Positions 32,886 to 41,715 of a stretch of 48,827 nucleotides of DNA are shown here, in pieces. Source of the DNA: a virus (Duplodnaviria; Caudoviricetes); the IMG/VR virus record IMGVR_UViG_3300028536_000021, positions 1 through 48,827 of that record. The stretch is one strand, 5' to 3'. Within the stretch, counting starts at the first letter, position 1. Each line of letters begins with the position of its first letter. A program made the translations under genes and the position numbers. Under the pieces are notes generated by a model that was given only the letters and a program-made list of their open reading frames with translations, made no database searches and had not been told where the DNA came from.

Positions 32886-35216
32886 CTATTGATTCTCGTA
32901 CACACCGCTTAGTTCGTAGTGCTCGCTGTTAGAAAAATTGCTGTTGTCAGCCCGACTGCATGACACGCTTGTGGCTCCCGATGAAGCGGTACAACTTAGC
33001 CCTCTCCCATTCAAAGCAACTTCACGCCCATTAATAGCTATTGCCGAATTTGAAGTGTTCGGTATATTCCAGGTAATAGAATTTGCAGCCACCGTCCCGG
33101 CTGCGCTGATTGTAAAGTCAAGAGCAAGTTGCGTAGTATGACGAAGCGTCTTTACCCGAGCTGTGTTGACAGTGAAAGTTGCTGTTTGCCCCCAAGTGAT
33201 GGCCGGTGTAAAAACCTGCGGGATGCCTTCAACAGTCAGACCAGCAGCATTGCTGAATTCCGTCGCGTATGTCTTGACCAGATTGTCCGAGACCACACCG
33301 TTAAGAGAAGCCCCATTTATTGTGATGCCGGTGCCACTGGCCGCGATGTTAACGAGCGTATTGCCAAGGAACGTAAATCCACTGATTGCAAGGTTCGTAC
33401 CCCCGGCATATCCGGTGAAGACATTTCCTCCGATCGCCCAGCGCTGGTTAATGGTCGAGACTTCGGCGGCGTAAATACCATAGCCGCTGGCATTCGAACC
33501 ACCGCCGTGACAGACATTTCCTGTAATCGTGACATCATTGTCGGCGAGGAAACCGTGGCCGCCAACATTATTGTCAACGAAGTACATGCAGGTGCCGCTG
33601 TAGCCAACACCGAGAGCTGATGAGGTTGCCTGCTGAACCTCGTTCCCGACGATCGTCAGACCGGACGAATTTTCCTCGAAGTGCATTGCGTTTTGCTGAT
33701 ATGTACCTTCAAGCATGTTGCCTGCAATGGTGGCGTTCGTGATATTTGAAAGTCCGATCGGCAGATCGTTGGCGTTGTTCAGACCAACAGAACCCATATG
33801 AATGCCTTCGATCACAAGCCGGTCGAACGTTCCACTCGGGCTATTGATGTTGAGGTGACCGGTGATGTTCTGATTGTAGAAGCCGCCACGGAAGGTGAAG
33901 CGCCGGTTGGTCGTTGTTGTTGCATTCGCCTTGAGCAGCACATAATTCCAACCGGATACATCAGCGTTTTCTGCACGAAAATCATTAACCTCTATACCCG
34001 TCTGCGGAATGTTCCAGACGACAGTTGTTGCCGATGGACCGATTATCATCGTCTCGGTGGCGGCGCCCGTCACCGATGTGGTGTAGGATGCCGACGGGAC
34101 CACGTTATCTGACTGAGCGATACTGACGAACGAGCCAACGGCCGTGGCAACGATCCCGGCGCCTGAAATCGGGCCATTGGCATTGATTGCAGCGGCGAGC
34201 GCGGTCGCCATCTGCGCCGTGGTCTCCGCCGTGGTGATCGGCGATGAAATCGTGATTGGCGATCCGGCCAGGCCGGTTGAGGTGAAGATGACTCTGATCG
34301 CATCGCCATTCGTTGCCGAGCCACCAATCAACACGCCTTCGACGGCGTTCGATGTTAGCGCGACGTTCTGAAACTGGAAGTCACTCGCCCCCGGCTGGAA
34401 CAGAATGCCCTGCTGCGTTCCCGTGCCGTCACCGTTGAGCTGGATCGTCAAGTTACGGAAAATGACGTGCGGGTTGTTGAGGAGAAATGCCGTCGCCAAC
34501 GGTGTGCCGGTAAGAGATAGTTTCAGAATCGATGTGTTCTTGCCAGCGCCTTCGATAATGGTATTACTACCCGGCGTAGCAAGCGACGTAGCTGATGGCA
34601 GTGTGACGGCAAAGGTTCCCGCGGGGATGTAAATCTTGTTTCCCGAGCCTGCGGTAAACGCGCTCTGAATGGCGGTGAAGTTATTCGTAACACCATTGCC
34701 AACTGCGCCATAGGCCGGATCGGCGATGTTCACGACCGGATAGTTGCAGTCCTGCGGCGGGCCCGAGCCGGCGGCCGAATTGCACTTCATAGTCTGATTC
34801 GCCATGTTGGCGAGATTGGAATTGGCAACCGTGGCGCTGGCGATGTTGCCGCCCGTGATCGTACCAGAGGCAACCTGCGTGCTGGTGATCGTAGCAGCCG
34901 CGATACCCACCGCTGTCAGCGCCTGATATGCCGGATCAGCACCAGTGCCATTGCTCACCCACGGAAGGCCAGTGGTTCCGGGGACAGTGCAGGCCCAACC
35001 AGCCACGGCTCGCTCAAGGATCCCCCCACGTGTCGAGCAGAACGCCGCATCGAAAGCCGCAGAGAGGTTCGTCGGCGAAGCAATGTTCTGTTGGACGAAC
35101 TGCGTCGAAGCAATCCGATTAGTGCTATCGGCGACTGGCGCAGTGGTCGTGGTCGTGGCGAATTGGGCCTCAGCAGGCGAGGCCAGGAGCAAAGCAAAAG
35201 CAATAAGGCGTTTCAT
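32886..35216 (-). CDS. Beta-helix tailspike / polysaccharide depolymerase with N-terminal signal peptide
   Basis: MKRLIAFALLLASPAEA|Q; fibre-type motif APVADSTNRIASTQFV; pectate_lyase_3-like YGAVGNGVTNNFTAIQSA…IYIPAG; repeated ITGN/IVGN rungs. Confidence 0.82.
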   Translation of the reverse strand: MKRLIAFALLLASPAEAQFATTTTTAPVADSTNRIASTQFVQQNIASPTNLSAAFDAAFCSTRGGILERAVAGWACTVPGTTGLPWVSNGTGADPAYQALTAVGIAAATITSTQVASGTITGGNIASATVANSNLANMANQTMKCNSAAGSGPPQDCNYPVVNIADPAYGAVGNGVTNNFTAIQSAFTAGSGNKIYIPAGTFAVTLPSATSLATPGSNTIIEGAGKNTSILKLSLTGTPLATAFLLNNPHVIFRNLTIQLNGDGTGTQQGILFQPGASDFQFQNVALTSNAVEGVLIGGSATNGDAIRVIFTSTGLAGSPITISSPITTAETTAQMATALAAAINANGPISGAGIVATAVGSFVSIAQSDNVVPSASYTTSVTGAATETMIIGPSATTVVWNIPQTGIEVNDFRAENADVSGWNYVLLKANATTTTNRRFTFRGGFYNQNITGHLNINSPSGTFDRLVIEGIHMGSVGLNNANDLPIGLSNITNATIAGNMLEGTYQQNAMHFEENSSGLTIVGNEVQQATSSALGVGYSGTCMYFVDNNVGGHGFLADNDVTITGNVCHGGGSNASGYGIYAAEVSTINQRWAIGGNVFTGYAGGTNLAISGFTFLGNTLVNIAASGTGITINGASLNGVVSDNLVKTYATEFSNAAGLTVEGIPQVFTPAITWGQTATFTVNTARVKTLRHTTQLALDFTISAAGTVAANSITWNIPNTSNSAIAINGREVALNGRGLSCTASSGATSVSCSRADNSNFSNSEHYELSGVYENQ

Positions 35217-35219
35217 CTC

Positions 35220-35567
35220 TCACCCCGCGGACAGATTAATGTTATAGTTCTGTGGCACCGCGCTGGCGCCATAGAGGTACTCGATCACCGAGACCTTCGC
35301 CCCCGCCGCCGAGCCAATCGCGTTCCACGCAGTGAGGGCCTGGTCGCCGAAGACGTCGAACTTCTCCCCTGGCGACAGTGGGATTCCAGTGTCCGCAACT
35401 GCGACCGTCGGCGCCTGAACCAGCCAGACGTTCTGTTGGCCAGCGATGTTGGCGTTGATGAAGGTCAGCTTGCGCCTAGCAGCCTGCGGAGTGGTCGCTC
35501 CAACCACAGGGTTGGCCGCAATCACCTGCGTGCTGGCCGTGCCAACCGTTGTGGTTGTGAGTGCCAA
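35220..35567 (-). CDS. Small beta-sandwich virion-type protein (TTG start, MALTTTTVGTAS…), no signal peptide
   Basis: GGAGG SD before TTG 35567; RRKLTFIN…GIPLSPG pattern. Confidence 0.65.
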   Translation of the reverse strand: MALTTTTVGTASTQVIAANPVVGATTPQAARRKLTFINANIAGQQNVWLVQAPTVAVADTGIPLSPGEKFDVFGDQALTAWNAIGSAAGAKVSVIEYLYGASAVPQNYNINLSAG

Positions 35568-35569
35568 GG

Positions 35570-36094
35570 CTACCTCCGATCGGTCAGCTTGCCCAGAAGC
35601 TGGGTGTTCTGCGCCATCACCTGCGCCAACATCGCCAAGGTCTCGGTCAGCTGGTCGTTGACCGGCGGCGGGGCCTTCATCTCGTCCTGCATGGTCAAAA
35701 TCATCCGCTCCGCGAAGGTCATCCCGTCGCCAAGCTCGAAGAACCTCGTCGGGTCGTGCCACTGGAAGGTCGCCGAGATGGCCTTAGCCTCATCATCGAT
35801 CGGCTCCATGTCCGGCGTCGGGTCGCCGATGAAGACATAGTCGTGGGGCTCGCCGTGGCCTTGGTGGCACACGGTGATGAAGCCCTCATCAAAGGAATTG
35901 CCGCCGCGAGCTATGTTGGCCGAAGACGAGCCGGGTTTGTTGTTCCAATCCGCCGCGCAGTGCGGGTCGAGGTGGATCGGGACGGGGTACTTTCGCTTCT
36001 TCTGCCGACCAGAGATCCGGTCGACCTCGGTTTGTTCCCAGAAGACATCGGGGGAGCGAAGGTAGTGGGACTGGACGAGAAGCCAACGGGCCAT
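35570..36094 (-). CDS. Hypothetical protein (MARWLLVQSHYL…GDPTPDMEPIDDEAKAIS)
   Basis: AGGAG SD before ATG 36094. Confidence 0.75.
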   Translation of the reverse strand: MARWLLVQSHYLRSPDVFWEQTEVDRISGRQKKRKYPVPIHLDPHCAADWNNKPGSSSANIARGGNSFDEGFITVCHQGHGEPHDYVFIGDPTPDMEPIDDEAKAISATFQWHDPTRFFELGDGMTFAERMILTMQDEMKAPPPVNDQLTETLAMLAQVMAQNTQLLGKLTDRR

Positions 36095-36104
36095 GAGAGT
36101 TCTC

Positions 36105-36635
36105 CTAGAGTTGATAGCCCCAAGCCGACACAGCGGTGACTCCACCAAGGCCGGCTGCGGCTGAGTTGATGGCGATCGAGGTGTTCAGGGCAGAGGCTGG
36201 GATGCAAGGCGAGAAGGTCTGCGGGAGCTGGTAGACGCCAGGAAGCGCAGAGATTCCCTGGACGTAGTTGAGCGAGCCGGAGATGGTGCCAGAGACCGTC
36301 GCAGTGCCGCTAAGGCCTAGGGTTGCGGAAGAGGTGATGGTGAAGCCGCAGAGGTAGGTGGTCTTAGCGGCCGCCGCGGCAAGGGTCGCGGTGACAGAGG
36401 CGATTGTGCCTGTGGCGGAGGCAGTGAGGGGAGTGGAGCCGGCGGGATAGGGCCCAGGCAGGGACACCGGTAGTGGATTCGCGGTTGTGCAGGGCACCCA
36501 GTGATTAGTGCCGTCGTTGCACATAACCACCCGACTCTCAATGTTTATTCCATTAGGAGACGGAAAGGAAGCTTGGGCAAGTGCCCCAACAGACAAAAGC
36601 GAAAGAGCTGATGCAAGGAGGAGCTTGTTCATCAT
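36105..36635 (-). CDS. Signal-peptide beta-sandwich protein, 4 Cys
   Basis: MMNKLLLASALSLLSVGALA|Q; TAATG coupling. Confidence 0.78.
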   Translation of the reverse strand: MMNKLLLASALSLLSVGALAQASFPSPNGINIESRVVMCNDGTNHWVPCTTANPLPVSLPGPYPAGSTPLTASATGTIASVTATLAAAAAKTTYLCGFTITSSATLGLSGTATVSGTISGSLNYVQGISALPGVYQLPQTFSPCIPASALNTSIAINSAAAGLGGVTAVSAWGYQL

Positions 36636-37057
36636 TAGAATTGCCCCCAGTAGATGGTATAAGTGACATTCGTAGCAGTTATAACACACAAATTTGTTTG
36701 CGTATTAGGCGGCGTAGCTGCAGCATTAGTGGTCGGAGCAGAAGTGAAAGCGTAAGTTCCATGATCAATAAATGTTCCGACTGGTAATCCAGACCAATTA
36801 ACAATATTAACTGTATTCGCCGCACATGCAACACCAGTGCCGTATACTAATTGAAATGCAGCAGCTGTTGTAGTACCATTGACATCCCAACCGCAAACAA
36901 CAATATTTCTACCAACAATAGCTGTCGCTATTGATTGAGCTACAGCGCTTTGTGTTGCTTGATTGCAGAGGATCGGATTCGGCGCCCCGATCCCCTGGGC
37001 CCAGCCCTGCCCGCATAGCGCGAGAAGGGCGAAGGCAGCGAGAAGAAGCTTTCTCAT
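36635..37057 (-). CDS. Signal-peptide beta-sandwich protein, 4 Cys in mature part; likely paralogue of 36105-36635
   Basis: MRKLLLAAFALLALCGQGWA|Q; GRNIVVCGW versus AKTTYLCGF; ATGA coupling. Confidence 0.78.
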   Translation of the reverse strand: MRKLLLAAFALLALCGQGWAQGIGAPNPILCNQATQSAVAQSIATAIVGRNIVVCGWDVNGTTTAAAFQLVYGTGVACAANTVNIVNWSGLPVGTFIDHGTYAFTSAPTTNAAATPPNTQTNLCVITATNVTYTIYWGQF

Positions 37058-37539
37058 CGAAGCTTGTACCAAGCGTTGGTTGCCAGGAGGTAACGATATT
37101 CCACACTCGCTCCTGCCGCAAGCGTAGCCAAAGCAACACCAGTTGCCCCATTCACGATGGTTGATCCATCGGTGGTGGCAATGGTGGCGCCAGTGAAGGC
37201 CGCACCAGATCCATTGACCCACTCAAAGATCTCACCGTCCCAAGGAATAGGTGGAAGCTGAATGGCCAAGGCTGACGATGCAGCAGTGGAGATCAAAGTG
37301 GCAGGGCTCTGATTAACAAGAGTTAGCGTGCCAGTGGTTAGTGCTGTGCTTTGAACTCCCTGACTATTTCGCATCTGAGAAGTGGCAGCGTAGAAGCTTG
37401 TTCCGCCAATGCCGGCTTGAAGAAGAACAACTTCGCTCCCTGTTAGAGTTCGAGAGGTCAGCTGCTGAGCAACTGCAAGCCCGACCCCAACCAAGGCAAG
37501 GGCCGCAGCCCCTGCCAACAAGTACCGCTTCATAATCAT
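37054..37539 (-). CDS. Signal-peptide protein with fibre-type LP…G…W domain
   Basis: MIMKRYLLAGAAALALVGVGLAVA|Q. Confidence 0.78.
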   Translation of the reverse strand: MIMKRYLLAGAAALALVGVGLAVAQQLTSRTLTGSEVVLLQAGIGGTSFYAATSQMRNSQGVQSTALTTGTLTLVNQSPATLISTAASSALAIQLPPIPWDGEIFEWVNGSGAAFTGATIATTDGSTIVNGATGVALATLAAGASVEYRYLLATNAWYKLR

Positions 37540-37850
37540 TATGGCCCCCATTCGTTTGCCGCGAGTTTTCTAAAGATCAATGTCTGCTGTGACTGACCAT
37601 GTGAAGATATTCCACTGCGAAAGGAGTCGCCTGTGGAGCAGTAGATTGTAACCTCACCATTAATATCGGAATATACCTCGATCACATCTCCGATATCAGA
37701 ATCGCTTGGGAGCAATAACCCCGGCGAAGGACCACCACCATTAGTCCTAACTATCGTTGTTCCATGATGTGTTGGGATAAGAGCAGCAGTAGACTGATCC
37801 GTTCCTGTAGCAGTAACATCAACGATAATGACTTCGGTTACAACCGTCAT
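37539..37850 (-). CDS. Small fibre-type beta domain protein, no signal peptide
   Basis: GGAGG SD; LLPSDSDIGDVIEV…NEW. Confidence 0.7.
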   Translation of the reverse strand: MTVVTEVIIVDVTATGTDQSTAALIPTHHGTTIVRTNGGGPSPGLLLPSDSDIGDVIEVYSDINGEVTIYCSTGDSFRSGISSHGQSQQTLIFRKLAANEWGP

Positions 37851-37860
37851 GCTCACCTCC

Positions 37861-38316
37861 TCAGCTAACAGCCACACAGAGCCAGTTAAACGTAGTCGTC
37901 GTCGCCGTCTGGTTGAAGGTGAAGCCTGTCGTCGCGGCCGCAGTCACAAACGTAGTGGCTGCTGTCGCATTATTCGGCGTCACCAAGCAACGAGGAGCAG
38001 TGCCATAAGTCTGGCCAAAAACAACGGCACAAGTGGCCGCAGTAGCACCAGTTACCTGCCCAGAGAAGTCAGTAGAACCAGCAGTGAGAGTTCCACCGGT
38101 GCAGGTACCAAGGGTAGGTGGGGTGGAGGTAGTTTGGGCATTGAAATGGCGATTGTTAAACATCACCAAATTGCCAGAACTATCTACACCAAAGTTGCCA
38201 CGAGCATCCTGCGACAACTGAAGCGAGGAGGTAATAGTCTGTGCAACTACCAACCCACCAGCAAAGAATGCACCACAGGCAAGGGCAGTGGCAAGTCTCT
38301 TTAGAACCGATTTCAT
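37861..38316 (-). CDS. Signal-peptide Thr-rich beta protein (fibre-tip / lectin-like), 4 Cys in mature part
   Basis: MKSVLKRLATALACGAFFAGGLVVA|Q; VFGQTYGTAPRCLV…FNWLCV. Confidence 0.75.
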   Translation of the reverse strand: MKSVLKRLATALACGAFFAGGLVVAQTITSSLQLSQDARGNFGVDSSGNLVMFNNRHFNAQTTSTPPTLGTCTGGTLTAGSTDFSGQVTGATAATCAVVFGQTYGTAPRCLVTPNNATAATTFVTAAATTGFTFNQTATTTTFNWLCVAVS

Positions 38317-38326
38317 CCTTCCCTCC

Positions 38327-38887
38327 TCAGTTTGCGATCACAACGCCAGCGGGATAGCCGGACAGTATGCCAGTCTGCGAGCCGATCTGGTCGAACCGAT
38401 CGAGGACGAGCGTGGCTTCCAGCGCGCCACCAGTCGAAGCAGCACCAGCGATGATGTACTGCATACGAAGGAACCTCGGCACCGGCTGGCCCTCAGGATA
38501 CCGCGGCAGGTCGACCTCCAACAGCCGCTGACCAGCCACGCCAAGCTGGGCACCAGTCACGAAGGTATAAACCGGCGAGAGGATCATGTCGTACCAAGTA
38601 CCAGGGAGACCAGAGCCGTTGTCTGGCGCGCCCTGGATCTTGACTTGAAGGGTAGTGGTGCCAGAGGTGCCAGTCAGCGCAGCGGTGAGCTGAGCCAGCA
38701 CCTTCATCGCTGGATCGTCGCCAACGCCGAGGTCGCGAGCGCCACCGCCAGCCGAGGAGGGTGGAAGACCGGAGATGCCAAGGTCGAGGACGTTAGCGCT
38801 GGTCAAAGTGCCAATAGCGCCAACCAAGGAGTCAGACGGCGCGGCCGAACCGGTGCCGGTGAAGAAGAGTAGACCATCTAGAATCAT
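38327..38887 (-). CDS. Capsid cement/decoration protein (Bbp16-like)
   Basis: MILDGLL…SANVLDLG…RDLGVG…RFLRMQY; directly after the major capsid gene. Confidence 0.82.
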   Translation of the reverse strand: MILDGLLFFTGTGSAAPSDSLVGAIGTLTSANVLDLGISGLPPSSAGGGARDLGVGDDPAMKVLAQLTAALTGTSGTTTLQVKIQGAPDNGSGLPGTWYDMILSPVYTFVTGAQLGVAGQRLLEVDLPRYPEGQPVPRFLRMQYIIAGAASTGGALEATLVLDRFDQIGSQTGILSGYPAGVVIAN

Positions 38888-38909
38888 GATTGCACCTCAG
38901 GGAGTTAAG

Positions 38910-39953
38910 TTACGTCAGTGCTGCTTCATTGTTCAGGATCGCGTCGCAAGTTCGGATCGGAATCCCGCGGAACGTGGTGATAGGCTTCCCATCGAACTCC
39001 TCGAGCCGAAGCAGGACGTTGGTTTTGTTCATGGCCTGGAGGTCCAGGTAGGTCCGAATCACTCGGTTGCAGTAGATAATCGTCCGGCCCATGTTGGCCC
39101 GGACCTGCGGAGTGTCGGAGGTCTGGATGGTCGTCGCAGATGCCGGCGCAGTGGGGAGCTTGTACAGGCCGCGGACCAGCAGGTTGATCAGGTTCGCGGC
39201 CGACACACCGGTGAGTTGGGTGATGTCGATGTTCGCTAGCCGACAGACATAGCGCCAGTCGCGGAGGACATACCCGATCTCCCACTTGAAGTGATCGCGG
39301 TAGGCTTGGTAGGTGTTGCCCGCCGAGTCCAGCACTGGCCATTCGCCCATATCGCGGTGTTGCAAGCCGGTGATCTTGCCTTTCGGAAAGGTCACATGGG
39401 CCGTGTCGTTGCCCCAAACGTGGAGCCAAATGGAGGTGTTGGTTGAAGCAGTGCCACCACCAGACAGGACGTTGTTCGCCGTCTGCGAGTTCGCGGTGTT
39501 GATCGTCGAGTAACGCGGCGCAAAGCCGGTGAAGCGCTCAGGGTTGATGCCCTGATTGCCGTAGATCATCGTGGCCGCAACCTGCTGGGACATCCCTTCA
39601 AGGAAGGCCATCACCTCCGAGAGCCGGAACTCCTGGGTGTTGCCATTCAGATCCGCGATGTCCTTGTCGATAACCGCGTAGGTCTCAAGGTTCCCGCAGG
39701 TGTCAACGATCTGCGCGGTGGTGGACTTCGCGTTCGGAACGCCGGTGTTCAGCAAGCGCCACGTGGCCTGCGGAAGGCCAGTCCGGACTGTGGTCTTGTG
39801 GCCGGTTGGAAGATTGCCCTCGATGACGTACATGTCTTCGAGGATCTCGTTGGTCTGGGACAGCATCTCGATGATCGTGGCGATCTTGTAGCCGTCGTCG
39901 AGACGCTTGGCCCAGTCGGCGTAGGTAATGGCGGTAGTGCCAAGAGTTGCCAT
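38910..39953 (-). CDS. Major capsid protein (BPP-1 Bbp17-like)
   Basis: IIEMLSQTNEILED…GNLPTGHKTTVRTGLP…FRGIPIRTCDAILNNEA. Confidence 0.92.
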   Translation of the reverse strand: MATLGTTAITYADWAKRLDDGYKIATIIEMLSQTNEILEDMYVIEGNLPTGHKTTVRTGLPQATWRLLNTGVPNAKSTTAQIVDTCGNLETYAVIDKDIADLNGNTQEFRLSEVMAFLEGMSQQVAATMIYGNQGINPERFTGFAPRYSTINTANSQTANNVLSGGGTASTNTSIWLHVWGNDTAHVTFPKGKITGLQHRDMGEWPVLDSAGNTYQAYRDHFKWEIGYVLRDWRYVCRLANIDITQLTGVSAANLINLLVRGLYKLPTAPASATTIQTSDTPQVRANMGRTIIYCNRVIRTYLDLQAMNKTNVLLRLEEFDGKPITTFRGIPIRTCDAILNNEAALT

Positions 39954-39956
39954 TGG

Positions 39957-40670
39957 TTAGGTTCCTGAAGGAAGGTGGGGATACATAGCGGCGCCAGGGC
40001 TCGGGCGAGCGGAGTTGCCCTTCACTGGACCGCCAGCGGGGTAGTCTGTGCCTTCGGTTACCTGCTTGGCCAAGGCATGTAGAACCCGAACAAAGGCTGG
40101 GTTGTCGCCCGCGCCAGTCAGGTTCATTGCGTCCTTGAAGTCAGAGATAAGCTTCGGGTTCTGCAGGCCGGTCAGGGCCCGATCGATTGTGGAGACCAGC
40201 GGCGAGTCCGGGCCGAAGTTGCCGTCCTTGCCGGTCAGCTTCCCAAGATCTGCGTCGGACTTCATCTGCGAGCGCCAATCGTTGCGCTGCTGCTGCCAAG
40301 CATCCAGGGCCTCCTTCGATGAGGCCATCGCGTGCTTAGTGTAGAAGTCCACCAGCCGCTGGGATTGGTCTTGGTTGAGGCCAAGTTCTTTGAAGATCGG
40401 CGCGGCCTCCGCGGCAACGCCAGCGTCAAGCTCATAACCTTCCGGTACGGTCCAGGCCTCGTACTTCTCGGGCACCGCAGGAGGCTTATCCTCAGGCTTC
40501 GATGCAGGGTCACCAGCGGGCTCGCCCGGCTTCGTGGTCCCATCGCCAAGGGCAGACGCGAGGCCCTCATTCGTATGGCCCGTCGCCGTCGCCGATCCAT
40601 CGGCCGGCGTCGTCGTAGTTCCTGGGGTCGTCATGGTCACGTCGGTCGAGGACGGAGTCTCGTCTGCCAT
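39957..40670 (-). CDS. Capsid scaffolding protein
   Basis: Disordered N-terminus; VPEKYE; KELGLNQDQSQRLVD; GDNPAFVR; AAMYP. Confidence 0.82.
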   Translation of the reverse strand: MADETPSSTDVTMTTPGTTTTPADGSATATGHTNEGLASALGDGTTKPGEPAGDPASKPEDKPPAVPEKYEAWTVPEGYELDAGVAAEAAPIFKELGLNQDQSQRLVDFYTKHAMASSKEALDAWQQQRNDWRSQMKSDADLGKLTGKDGNFGPDSPLVSTIDRALTGLQNPKLISDFKDAMNLTGAGDNPAFVRVLHALAKQVTEGTDYPAGGPVKGNSARPSPGAAMYPHLPSGT

Positions 40671-40962
40671 CTGCTTGTTCCTTCATCATCTGGATATAGG
40701 CTTCGGGGTAGGCCCGCATGACTCCCGCAAGAAGTCGAAGGCCAATTGATCGCTCACCCTCTCGAAAGACGGTGGACAGGGCCTCACCGGTGTAGGAGGC
40801 GTGGAAGATGTGACAGGCTTCCAAAAGCTCGCGCATCCACGAGCGGCCAGCGATAGAAGCCATGAGAGACTGTATGACCGCGTCATCCTGTGCCTCCCGA
40901 GCCCTGGATTCCTTCTCCTGTCGCCGTTGCCACCGTCGTTCCTCCGGGGTCAGATCGTCCAC
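40567..40962 (-). CDS. Bbp19-like head-module protein
   Basis: LMASIAGRSWM…FREGERSIGL. Confidence 0.75.
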   Translation of the reverse strand: MDDLTPEERRWQRRQEKESRAREAQDDAVIQSLMASIAGRSWMRELLEACHIFHASYTGEALSTVFREGERSIGLRLLAGVMRAYPEAYIQMMKEQADGRRDSVLDRRDHDDPRNYDDAGRWIGDGDGPYE

Positions 40963-41524
40963 GCGCTATCTCCATGCTTGCATCGGCGATCCTAGCCGAA
41001 CGGTGAAGCCAATCGTTACCGAAGTACTGGAAGCCCTTCGACTCGTGGTAGACTTCCTGCCGCCGAATGAAGAAGGCGTGGATGGTGGCGGCGGCAGAGG
41101 CCGGAAGGATAGAGCCAACTGCCGCCGCCGTCTTCGGACCCCAAACGCCATCCACAGCAAGGCCCAAGACATGCTGGAGGATCTTGATGGCTTCCGTCGA
41201 TCCCTCGTTGACTGCGGAATCAAAGAAGGAGAGGTCGAGGCCCGGAGGGAGAGCGGGAGAATGAGGGAGCCAGTACGAGTTGTAGTAGATCGAATGGCCT
41301 TCGGATTCGGAGATCAGCTGGACTGGTTGCACGGGAAGGTGGTGGTGTTTGCGCCAAGCGTCGTACTCGCGGGCGGTGATACCACACATGGTCTTGCCGC
41401 CAGGGTCGTGGCGGTCGTTGGAGAAGTTGCGGTGGACGTCGGACCAGACGAACGGATCGTGCCAAAGGACCTCCTCGCGGAGGACAAAAGGGAGGCAGGC
41501 GTAGAAGCGAGCGGGTTCGGTCAT
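40883..41524 (-). CDS. Endolysin, glycoside hydrolase family 108
   Basis: SNDRHDPGGKTMCGIT; IYYNSYW; FDSAVNEG; VDGVWGPKT; FGNDWLHR. Confidence 0.85.
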   Translation of the reverse strand: MTEPARFYACLPFVLREEVLWHDPFVWSDVHRNFSNDRHDPGGKTMCGITAREYDAWRKHHHLPVQPVQLISESEGHSIYYNSYWLPHSPALPPGLDLSFFDSAVNEGSTEAIKILQHVLGLAVDGVWGPKTAAAVGSILPASAAATIHAFFIRRQEVYHESKGFQYFGNDWLHRSARIADASMEIARGRSDPGGTTVATATGEGIQGSGGTG

Positions 41525-41715
41525 CGAGCGCCCGGAAAGTTGCCGTTACGGAAGATCGACATGCGACGATCACGCTCAACTATAAGTCGCTGCATCAAAG
41601 CTTCCACATTATCCATCTTCGGAGACCACTGAGACAAGGTGCGAAGGCAGAGGTCGCATCGAGCGATCTCGTAGTGAAGTTGCTCATCAGTCAGCAATTG
41701 AAGATCGTCGGTCAT
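41521..41715 (-). CDS. Hypothetical protein
   Basis: ATGA overlaps on both sides; GGAGG SD. Confidence 0.6.
   Translation of the reverse strand: MTDDLQLLTDEQLHYEIARCDLCLRTLSQWSPKMDNVEALMQRLIVERDRRMSIFRNGNFPGAR

Noticed and set aside
30918-35216. BPP-1-type diversity-generating retroelement, given the BPP-1-like head genes
   Set aside because: No reverse transcriptase ORF and no template/variable repeat pair is visible.
38275-38316. Lipoprotein (o-spanin) signal at ALAC in ORF 37861-38316
   Set aside because: Poor lipobox; the hydrophobic stretch continues to a better SPase I site (VVA|Q), matching its neighbours.
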